DNA of 56,983 nt from an archaeon (GTDB taxonomy: Archaea > EX4484-52 > GLR71). The first letter of the stretch is position 1. Every line of letters starts with the position of its first letter. The stretch covers positions 1-56,983 of the forward strand of contig WTCA01000030.1 in the NCBI GenBank assembly GCA_013138805.1. The letters are read 5' to 3'. The notes under the pieces are model-generated. The model ran no database searches and was not told the origin of the DNA. It worked only from the letters and a program-made list of their open reading frames with translations. Shown here piece after piece: positions 22,901-31,200 of this stretch. The translations under genes were made by a program, and so were the position numbers.

Positions 22901-25826
22901 CTGTTGAATTATCCGGTAAGGCAGTTGATATATTTCCTGAAACATTAAGTATAGGGTTTGAGAGTACATACACTGTAAAATTTATCTGGGTTGAATTCAA
23001 TGACAGATCAGGATTTATCCAGTCCGCTGTTATGTTAAAAGTATAATTTCCCGGAGATGTATAATTACTAATGCTTATATTAAACATTCTTTCACAGGAG
23101 TCACTTGCATTCAGACGATTGCATTGCTCAAAAGTAGAATTTGATGTGATGTTCTGGAGCATTGCCAGGGTCATATTTGCATCCTTGGCATCTGCAATAC
23201 CTATATTTGTCAAATTGATTGTAACATCAAATGAATCTCCGGAATACAGAGATATTATTGAAGACGTATAATTATCGGGAATGGCCTGCAAGGATAATAA
23301 TGTTGTTTCCGGCACGCTTACATTCAATGTAATGTTTTTTGACCCGCCGTCAACAGATGTTATGTTTATTGTCCCTGTATAATTTCCGGGAGTGTAATCC
23401 TGCGGCACTGTAACATTTACAGAAACAAGCAGAGATGTGCCTGAAGATAGTGATGATATATTTTCAGGAGAGAATGTTATTGTAAAATCTGAAAGACCTG
23501 AAACATCAAAAGTTATGTTTGTCAGGTTATCATTACCAATGGAATCCACTGTGAAATTTCCGACAGTCATAGTCTTGCCGTCAGCTACAATACCTGATAC
23601 ATTATTATCTATTGTATCAAGTATCGGATTTGATAGGACATAGACTGTAAATGATATATTGGTCATATTTGTAAGCATATTCAGATTTAACCATGTCACG
23701 CTTATATTGAATGTATAATTTCCAGGGGCTGTGCTGTTTGCAACAGTAATATTGAAATCTTTTAGGCAGGAGTCATTCATAGCTACATCCCCGCAGGACT
23801 CAAAACTAGAGTTAGCGCTCAGGTTTTGAGGGAACGATAAAGAAATATTTACTGATTTTGCATTTGCGCCGCCGATGTCTGTGGCATTCACAGAAATGTC
23901 AAATGAGTCTTCAAGCAAAAGAGATATGTTTGAGGAAGTATGATTCTCGGGTGAAACTTCAAGCGACATATTTGTCTCGCTTGTCTCAGCAGAAAATAAT
24001 TGTGAATCCATACCTGTATTGTTTAACTTTTCAGCACTGCAGTTCAATGTATAAGTGCCTGTTGATGCAGGAGCTGTGAAATTCAAGATATATGTACCAT
24101 TATCATAATCAGTTATGTTTGTCAAAGGACCTGCACCATATGTACAGTTAAGAGTTGCATTTCCTATGTATTCTCCTCTTGCATTCTTCACAGTTATTGT
24201 CGCATTTACCAGACGATCAACAATACCTAAAGGATTTGAGATATTAAGAGTCACATTATAAATGTCTGTAACATTGATGGATGTATTCTCTTCCTTCAAT
24301 GATACATTGCCTGAATCATATGCTATGACTGTAATGTTCCATTTCGCCACAGTGCTGTTCTCAGACAGATTATAAAAACCGGAGAAGATGCCGTCATCTG
24401 AAACTGCATCACCGTGTGCAGAATCACCGTCATCATAAAGTATGATTGTCTCATCATCTGAAGTGACCGGTGTACCCATATCAATTGTAGCATCCATATA
24501 TGTTGTTATATTATATAAATTTGATGTGATATTTGAGAAAATAAGGACTGAGTCATTCAGGTTATAAATCGTGTAGTTTGTCTGAGATGTGATTGAGATG
24601 GGAATGAACTCATTATTATCAAGAGTTATTATTGGCGGATAAAACATCTGATCCCTGAGTGATTTAAGGATTACCTGATTATAATTGACTCCGTCAAACT
24701 GCATTATGACTGTATTGGTTACAGATTCATTAGGCGCGATTACCACAGGATCAAGATGAATACCTATACGATCTAAAATTGTATCATTTTTAGCATAAAA
24801 ATTCGCATTAGAACTATAATTGATATTTATCAAACCAACGCCAGATGCTGCCGGATATGCCATACCATACCACGAAAAAGGATTTGTCATGTTTCCAAAT
24901 ATGGTAGGTCCGCCATATATTGAAAGCTCATTAAATGAAAATGCTCCTGCACTTGTAGAATTCCGTGTTACAGAGGATGCCCCTATATTTGTAAAATTCT
25001 GTTCAATCTTTATCCAAGAGGAGTTCTCATAAAATATGTATCTTTTTTTCATCAGGCCGAAACCAGTAAGTGAATCAGGATTATTCCACAAGGTCTCGTT
25101 TCCTATCTGCTCAACAACAAGCTTTACAGGGCCTGCTGAAAAAGAAGCATTGTTCCTGAAATCAAAAGAGAAATCATCTGTCCCGTTTGAAAATTGCGTA
25201 TATTCTTTTGTTTTACTATCTGTTGAAGGTGTTATAACTATTATATTAGTCTCCCAAATATCATAAATTCCAGATGTATTTTCACCACGCAATGTATCAA
25301 TCTTTAACCTATAAATACTATTATTCACATGGACTTCTTCACCATCCCAATAATAATCCAGATTAGTTGAATATGACACAGGTGTTTTTGCGCCATTCTC
25401 AACAATATCAAAATATACATAGATATATCTTACCTGATTTGCTGTTGTTGTTCCGTTCAAAAGAAAAGTCAGTGTGCCTGCCGCATTTGCTGACGCATCA
25501 AAACCTGTTGCATTGTCAAACTGAAAAGGATGCTCAAACAAGACGTATCCTGTTGAATTATGTTCATAGACGCGGATAGATTCATTATCAAAAGTGCCTG
25601 ATTTATTTTCCTGAGAGATGAGATCTGTAAAATTCATATCTAATTCAACAGGCCAGAAATCCCTGTCATAATTGGAATTGTTTATCGTAAAATTTGTCCT
25701 GAAATGCCAGGATGTATTAAACCAGTATGAATCTGATGCAGCCGTAACCTGAACAGACAAAAAAATCAAAGCTAACACTATTAAAAAAACCGATACATAA
25801 TGTTTTATTCTGATTCCTGCGGACAA
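19932..25826 (-). CDS. 1,964-aa type-I surface protein (signal peptide, many sequon-rich beta-sandwich domains, NEW3-like domain, helical stalk, TM, cytoplasmic coiled-coil tail with SHOCT-like motif)
   Basis: Signal VSVFLIVLALIFLSVQVTAA/SDS. Anchor IWIFALKVLIMLAVFAYISVWWIRKKDK. Tail ...LKLLETESKEGIINNESYKELKQLNEGKLLGIDKKIKKLK. The only plausible start is a TTG at 25824-25826, 5 nt after the upstream TGA. Confidence 0.75.
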   Translation of the reverse strand: MSAGIRIKHYVSVFLIVLALIFLSVQVTAASDSYWFNTSWHFRTNFTINNSNYDRDFWPVELDMNFTDLISQENKSGTFDNESIRVYEHNSTGYVLFEHPFQFDNATGFDASANAAGTLTFLLNGTTTANQVRYIYVYFDIVENGAKTPVSYSTNLDYYWDGEEVHVNNSIYRLKIDTLRGENTSGIYDIWETNIIVITPSTDSKTKEYTQFSNGTDDFSFDFRNNASFSAGPVKLVVEQIGNETLWNNPDSLTGFGLMKKRYIFYENSSWIKIEQNFTNIGASSVTRNSTSAGAFSFNELSIYGGPTIFGNMTNPFSWYGMAYPAASGVGLININYSSNANFYAKNDTILDRIGIHLDPVVIAPNESVTNTVIMQFDGVNYNQVILKSLRDQMFYPPIITLDNNEFIPISITSQTNYTIYNLNDSVLIFSNITSNLYNITTYMDATIDMGTPVTSDDETIILYDDGDSAHGDAVSDDGIFSGFYNLSENSTVAKWNITVIAYDSGNVSLKEENTSINVTDIYNVTLNISNPLGIVDRLVNATITVKNARGEYIGNATLNCTYGAGPLTNITDYDNGTYILNFTAPASTGTYTLNCSAEKLNNTGMDSQLFSAETSETNMSLEVSPENHTSSNISLLLEDSFDISVNATDIGGANAKSVNISLSFPQNLSANSSFESCGDVAMNDSCLKDFNITVANSTAPGNYTFNISVTWLNLNMLTNMTNISFTVYVLSNPILDTIDNNVSGIVADGKTMTVGNFTVDSIGNDNLTNITFDVSGLSDFTITFSPENISSLSSGTSLLVSVNVTVPQDYTPGNYTGTINITSVDGGSKNITLNVSVPETTLLSLQAIPDNYTSSIISLYSGDSFDVTINLTNIGIADAKDANMTLAMLQNITSNSTFEQCNRLNASDSCERMFNISISNYTSPGNYTFNITADWINPDLSLNSTQINFTVYVLSNPILNVSGNISTALPDNSTVLAGNFTIFNLGNDNLTDTTFTVSDLSDFTITFSPVNISSLGVNISQMVFVNVSVPFAYSPGNYTGTINITSVDGGYDTVELNVTVLTRREWDITPKSCERSENPDTGTVCLVSIKNTGNVPINITVNSIDVNYTSVNETDMTVLKNSTYVIEFLYNVTNVTKGFYYENYTLNTTNLDAVPLSYDFNITLIPYIVPLFSLNLSETVAKQNTNIEIFANITDRSTTGINWTMMNLTLPNSTVEIFNMSWVSTDGDSSLWFFNYSGNMSDYINYSGNVSNYTGNTLIYGTYNVTIYAQDNTGVVGYSNTSFKIYTDLIVGFTPGSTKYYQGSTGSIYYTLTDIMGAGIPGANVTISLADPLGNIIYINDFTTDSTGQVSPIPTFDLANDAPVGDYNLTADLSYYDFVLETVINSSDNATFTLLSGSSGGGGGLTADLETAVVWYPDNVIRFEMWFSYAGNVTDPDNMTLFVYDPAENLYFNINLSDANRTSTGLYHYKYAMPINSSSGYYFAILTASKEGFVSQIVKPFRVAKGGPYDVRVTILPPMEVPRQDYVNFEILIENMGEVTQDVFLDYWVSAGNDTYYYNSEAVLTPVGVNVTILRNAYIFSNQYIGLNTLNLKATYDNVQAPIIATATFEVIEEEFEIPTPPDIPDVPEYIPPSSGSFSDDDSDMYADLGPIPVFDKDYNINIESYNKEINIVQGWTDITGVRVRNNGNLEIKNITLTLAGIPTSWYNITPKKYEVMPSGNSTLFLIEYKIPAGSESGAYPFTLIANSDEAVTDKIGRLVVFTSIEDLIRQDIINLKIELHKLEDDIYFSQNIGKDVSRVWGVVEQAWIQIELAENNLDNKKYDEALQNIQVVSGLIKQAKMILETPSEADDTDWKDSIWIFALKVLIMLAVFAYISVWWIRKKDKYKLKASLQRYLKKSLSKEEIETRKKDFENDKEKIQRVLKLLETESKEGIINNESYKELKQLNEGKLLGIDKKIKKLK
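22640..23977 (-). repeat. Tandem duplication of a ~669-nt (223-aa) two-domain unit in the 1,964-aa gene
   Basis: ccgtcaacagatgttatgtttattgt.cctgtataatttcc occurs at about 22679 and 23348. Protein copies: ...SPGNYTFNI(S/T)...FTVYVLSNPIL...LSDFTITFSP(E/V)NISSL...PGNYTGTINITSVDGG... Confidence 0.85.
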
Positions 25827-25831
25827 TCAAA

Positions 25832-28123
25832 TCAACCTTCAATCAATTTTTTTGTTTTATCATAAGTCTCTTTTGAGATAAGACCTTGTTTCAGTGATTC
25901 GTCAAGCTCCTTAATCAAGATGGTCTGATCTTCTGTCTCTTTTTTCTCTTCTGTTTTTTCAGTCACTTTATCATTAGTAGTGGTTGTGGTTTCTGATTCG
26001 GGGGCTGTATCACTATCTTTTTTTATTTCTTCTTTTACTTCATCTTTTACTTCTTCTTTCACTTCATCTGTTACAAGGTCGGTTTTAGGTTCTGTTACAG
26101 GCTCGGTTTTAGGTTCAACAGGCTTATCCTCAGATGCATCCGGGGTATCAACTGATTTTTCCGATATTTCAGGTTTTTCAGGAGTTGGCGGAGGCGGATT
26201 GTCCTGAGTCTTTTTGTCATCCGTATCTGCGGCTTTATCTTCAGGATTATCTATCCCTTCTTTTTTAGCGGCTGTATTATCATTGCCTGTCTTATCGCTG
26301 TTATCTACCTTATCTGTGCTTTCTGATTTTTCTGATTTTTTATCACTGTCTTTATCTTTACCTTCGGCTGCTTCTTTACCTTCGGTTGCATCTGCCGTAT
26401 TAATTTCAGATTTATCAGAAGCAGAGGTTTTATCATTTTTATCAGTGTCTTTTGTGTCTTTTTTTGTTTTGGTCTTATCAGAATCTTTATCTGAAACTAC
26501 AGCAGGTCCGGATGCAGTGCTATCTTCTTTTTTGCCTATCAGATTTCTCATTATCTTTCCGATATCTTCATTTATCTTTTTCAGAGATTCTTCATTCTTT
26601 TTCTTTATCGTTGCATATTCCTTGTCAGATATCTGTTTTTTATGATGCTCAGATTCCAGCGCAGACAGAAGACTTCCTATATCCTCTTTCTTATCTTCAA
26701 GAACCTGAAGCTCTTTTGGAATTTCAGCTTCGGCAAAAGGAACTGCTTTTTTCAATATTTTCATCATAAGCTCCAGTTTTTCAGCAAGCGTCTCTATAGT
26801 ACTCTCTATCTTTACCATATCTTTCTTGTCAATATAGTTGTCAAATTTAATGCCTAGCTTGTCAACATTCTTAACCATATCATTAAGTACCTCATTCATA
26901 TTATCCTGTCTTGCTTCATATACTTCAAAATCTTCAAGATTTTTGTTCATAGCGAGAAACATCTTCTCCAACTTTGATGAAAGATTGTCCATTGATTTTT
27001 CAGTCTTGGTCATATGCTCCATTTTTTTTGCAACCTCATGGTCTATATTTGCAACATTCTCAAGACCTCCAATACTTTTAAGCAGAGCATTAATGCTGCC
27101 GGTTGTCCTTATGACATCTTCCATCTTGACTTCAAGCTTTTCTATACGGACTTCCATCTCAGAAGCAAACTGATCACGCTTCATAAACTGCTTGTTTATC
27201 TTTTCAGGTTCAATGTCCTCTACAAGCTCTTTCACACTTGTGAATTTAAGCTCCTGCTCTTTGATGCCTGCTTCTCTTTGCATTACAGTTGTCCTTAATT
27301 CAGTAAGACCTTCACTTATGGTCTGCATCCTTTCATCGTTAGAAGTCCTTGCCTCTTTTAAAGCATCAATCGTTGCCTTGATCCGTTCAATATCTACATT
27401 AAATTTTTCTGAAAATTTTTGCATTGTCAATTCAACGCTCTGTGCAGGTGGTGTTGCCGGTGCAGGAGGCGTGCTCGCTTGTGGAGGCGCAGGAGGCGTT
27501 TTCTGATCAGAATGATTAGATGATGTAAGATGCTGTTTGAGCTTTCCCATAAATGAAATCTTTTTTGAACCGCTTTCGGAAGGATTATCAGGAGTATCAT
27601 CTGATGTTTTCGGTGCGTCGTTATCAGGTGATGCCGGCGTAGGCGCATCAGTCGCAGGAGGTGTGGCGGCAGGAGGTGCATCAGATGCGGGAGGTATGGC
27701 TGCGGACGGTGCATCAGATGCGGGAGGTATGGCTGCGGGAGGTGCATCACTTGCTGGCGGTGTAACTGTGGAAGGAGGTATGGATGCAGGAGGTGCACCA
27801 GCTGTGGGAGATGTGGCTGCGAGAGGTGCACCAGCAGTGCCATCAGACCCAGTAGCCGGTTTTTTATCGCCATCTGCATTTTGATCTGTATCGCTGTCAT
27901 CATCAGTTATGCCAAAATCAGTAAGCTGCTTCTTTATGTCTTCAAGTTTCTTAAGATTTATTGTCTTTGTGTGCTTGTAGCTTGCTTCAGTGATTGCAGC
28001 ATTACGATAATCATTTTCAAGAGATGCAAGAAATTCTTTGACTTCTTTTTTCTTATCCATAAGGCCGTCAAGGCTCATGCCCTGAAATTCACTTACTTTA
28101 GCCTTATCTATCTTCCTGGTCAT
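25832..28123 (-). CDS. Signal-less coiled-coil / intrinsically disordered protein (Pro-Ala repeat block, Lys/Asp/Glu/Thr-rich block, three SHOCT-like motifs)
   Basis: No hydrophobic N-terminus and no TM. The central region has heptad-like character (ERIKATIDALKEARTS...KLEVKMEDVIRT...). The ATG at 28121-28123 is preferred; the track start at 28135 is a TTG. Confidence 0.7.
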   Translation of the reverse strand: MTRKIDKAKVSEFQGMSLDGLMDKKKEVKEFLASLENDYRNAAITEASYKHTKTINLKKLEDIKKQLTDFGITDDDSDTDQNADGDKKPATGSDGTAGAPLAATSPTAGAPPASIPPSTVTPPASDAPPAAIPPASDAPSAAIPPASDAPPAATPPATDAPTPASPDNDAPKTSDDTPDNPSESGSKKISFMGKLKQHLTSSNHSDQKTPPAPPQASTPPAPATPPAQSVELTMQKFSEKFNVDIERIKATIDALKEARTSNDERMQTISEGLTELRTTVMQREAGIKEQELKFTSVKELVEDIEPEKINKQFMKRDQFASEMEVRIEKLEVKMEDVIRTTGSINALLKSIGGLENVANIDHEVAKKMEHMTKTEKSMDNLSSKLEKMFLAMNKNLEDFEVYEARQDNMNEVLNDMVKNVDKLGIKFDNYIDKKDMVKIESTIETLAEKLELMMKILKKAVPFAEAEIPKELQVLEDKKEDIGSLLSALESEHHKKQISDKEYATIKKKNEESLKKINEDIGKIMRNLIGKKEDSTASGPAVVSDKDSDKTKTKKDTKDTDKNDKTSASDKSEINTADATEGKEAAEGKDKDSDKKSEKSESTDKVDNSDKTGNDNTAAKKEGIDNPEDKAADTDDKKTQDNPPPPTPEKPEISEKSVDTPDASEDKPVEPKTEPVTEPKTDLVTDEVKEEVKDEVKEEIKKDSDTAPESETTTTTNDKVTEKTEEKKETEDQTILIKELDESLKQGLISKETYDKTKKLIEG
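27640..27800 (-). repeat. 33-nt (11-aa) tandem repeat encoding IPPASDAP(P/S)AA
   Basis: Near-identical units (one mismatch) lie at 27678-27710 and 27711-27743 (gcatcagatgcgggaggtatggctgcgg..ggt). Degenerate copies flank them on both sides. Confidence 0.85.
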
Positions 28124-28207
28124 ATTATCAACCAATATTATATTTTCATTAAAGTCCTATTTATCTGTACATCATATCATAACATACTTATCATAACATA
28201 TTTTTTA

Positions 28208-31200
28208 TCACATATTCTCAAGCCTTGCTTTCAAAGACTGTATATAGGTCTCTGACATCTTGAAGACGCCCTGCTGAAGCTTAGTGCGGGCCATGTTAAG
28301 CTCAATCTCTATATCATAAGTGTTCACACCTTTCACTTTCAGAACTTCTACTTTTTTAGCAAGAGTATCAATTGATCTCTTCAAACCCATATAAGTATCA
28401 AGCTCTTCATTGCTTAATCTGCCGGTATCATGCAGAAGCGGCCTGAACTGTATGAACCAGGGCTTACCGTCATTATATTCGGGATTCTGTATAAGTCCTG
28501 CACCTACTGTAAGCTTTGCTACACGCATAGCATAGTCAGGACCATATCTCTGCTTGATACGCTGAATATCCCCATTATATTTAGTCCTGAGCTGAATCTC
28601 ATTTGCTACATTAGCTTTTATAGCACCCTTGAAATCTGCCAATACCTGAGATATCATGAACAGGCCAAGACCCCATTTTCGGAATTCACGGCAGCCGCGT
28701 TCAAGTTCAAGATAACCACCCTTACCGCCATATTTTGGAAGCAGCCTGTGCATCTCATCATAGACTATCAGAACTCTCAAAGTCTTTGCCTCAGGCCACT
28801 GGATACTGAATATGCTCTTTATAGTCCTCCTTACAAACTTATCAAGCTCAGCTGAACTTAGCTTGCTCATGACGAATACTGTAATCTCGCCAGGTTTCAT
28901 ATACTGGCGTATGTCTATTTCCGCATCAGTAAGGCTATCTGCGCTTTCAACAACAATTATATTTGTCTTGTAAGATTTTGCATTCTCTGGCTTAAGGCCG
29001 TATTTGGAATATAATTCAAGCATATGCGGATCTTTGCATGGATGTATAAACCCGCTCCACTGTGCTGTCGGGTCAAATACGACTACAGGTATGCCAAGAT
29101 CCAAAAGCTCTTCAGCTGTTGACATCGCAGTTACACTCTTTCCGGAACCTGTACCACCAGCTGCAATGGAATGCATGGTAAGGTTCTTAATGTTGATGAA
29201 TGCGTTGATATCTGTCTCTGCAATCTTTCCGACCTTTACGCTTTCTTCACCTTTCTGCGGCAGCTTTGAATAATCTGTCGGGAATATATATCTTGCAGCC
29301 TTCCTTTTCTTTTCAAGGTATGACAGATATGCTTTCCTGCCGAAATATATGCCAGGGATCAGGATCAATAATACAATATAAGTGACCCAGCTCATAAACA
29401 GCTTGCGAAGGAGAATCAGCGGCCAGGGCTGAGTGCTTACATCAAACACATCAGCAGATGATGCTGTCTTTTCAGCATTTGAATATTTCGCATTTGCATC
29501 TATGACATAACGGGTCTCTTCTGTGCTGTTAGGAATGTTTATGGATTTTACAAAGGACAATGTCTGATTCACTGCCAAAGTCTCGGAATAAGTTGTCAAT
29601 ACCTCTTCTGTCTCAAGGTTTTTTATGACATATTCCATAGTTATGTCTTCAACAGTCTTTGTCTCGCCCATGTTCTTGATAGTGACCAGCATCTTCAGGT
29701 CATCACCCGGCTTGACAACATTTGACAGAACATTGATTATGACATCCAGAAGCGCTTCTTTTTTAATTTCAACCTTGACTGTTATAGGAGTCTTGTATAT
29801 AGAATTACCTGTAGTTATTACTATATCGCCTGTATAGGTCCCAGGCATTGTAGACGGCAGGGCATAGACTGATATCTTTACATTCTCGGCAGAATTTGCA
29901 TTCACAGTGACTTCTGTTTTCTCAAGTTGGATAAGATCCCATACAAGACCATCAACACTCAACTTTGATGTTGATATCATATCCTGGTTATTCTTTATCT
30001 CAATTGAATGTATGGATCTCTCGCCGGGTGCCAAAGTGATATAGATTAATGTGGACTTGATTTCAATCGGGACTATGTTTTCGTCTAATTCCGGAGGTAT
30101 CAAAATGCTGGTGTCATCATCATCACCGCCATCATCACCAGTATCACCAGTTCCACCACCGCTGCCACCGGTTATGGCTGACGGCATCGGCGGGAATGTA
30201 GGTATGTCAATCACGCAGTCTGCAGGACATATTGAGTTGGATTCGCCATAAGCGGATTCACATATAGCATTCCCGCATATATATTGCGCTACTGCATAAG
30301 CACCGGTTACGACTGTAGTATCAACTGAAATTGTCCTTAAATTTGTATCTATAGATCCGTTTCTCCTTAACCAAAGGCTTACGCATCCTGTCTTTATGGC
30401 CCAGTTATCACAGTGATATATTGCAAGGTTGCTTACTACCACATCATCATATGGTGAATAGTCAAAAGTTATCTTCGGATTCACACCCATCAGAGTATCA
30501 TAATATATCGCTTTCTTTGGCCCTGAACCTATCAGTGATACAGGTATGTCACCAAAGACAGCCGGATTGAAAATATTTCCTGGAGGCATGCTGAAATCAT
30601 TGAAATCAAATGTCACATTCAGGACATCTACTGATACATCATACAATCTCACATATACGCTTTCATTGTAATATCCTGTCATGTTATCAGATTCAAAACT
30701 GTGCATCAGGGTCGGTGTGTCATGCTTATACATGCTGAAATTTGCGATGGTTGTTGCATTGCCAACACTTTCAAGATCATAAGAGTATCCTGCGAAGTAT
30801 GAAAGCAGATACGAATCAAAAGCTGCGGTTGTGACATTGACATTGTCTGAAAGGTCATAAGCGCTTATAACCACCTGATAAGGTCCCAGACCAGATGTGT
30901 CTGTGAACTCAAGCTCATAGAAATAATCATCTCCTGAAAATGAAATCAAGGTTGCATTATCTGCAAATATTGTCCCGTTCGGGAAAGTTATGTCGACTAA
31001 TACATTGCGCATACCTCCAAGATCTGTTGTGTTAATAAAGATGGTTACAGGCATTCCGTTGACTATGCTTGCAGGCAAAGATACTGAAAGCTGCGGCGGT
31101 GTTGCATCAGTATATACAATTGCGTCCTGTTCAGTTGCAGTTATCAAAAGGTTATCTGTTGCATAGAATGCATCTGCCACAAGATCATAAGCCACACCTG

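Noticed and set aside
27427-27903. 158-aa minus-strand ORF and 115-aa plus-strand ORF over the Pro-Ala repeat region
   Set aside because: These are alternative-frame or antisense readings of a GC-richer low-complexity repeat inside the 767-aa gene, with no independent start context or motifs.
1-28135. Upstream TTG/GTG starts given as M in the ORF track (1536, 5750, 6396, 8286, 11531, 17862, 19515, 28135)
   Set aside because: In each case an ATG lies 2-7 codons downstream. It gives a normal N-terminus or signal peptide, or a tidy overlap with the upstream stop. The ATG is preferred, though the alternative cannot be excluded without data.
9234-29400. PGF-CTERM / archaeosortase-type or class III (type IV pilin-like) sorting signals on the cluster proteins
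   Set aside because: The C-termini are plain TM helices followed by basic tails, with no PGF/PEF tripeptide. The N-termini look like ordinary Sec signals with AxA-type cleavage sites rather than short charged leaders followed by a hydrophobic helix.
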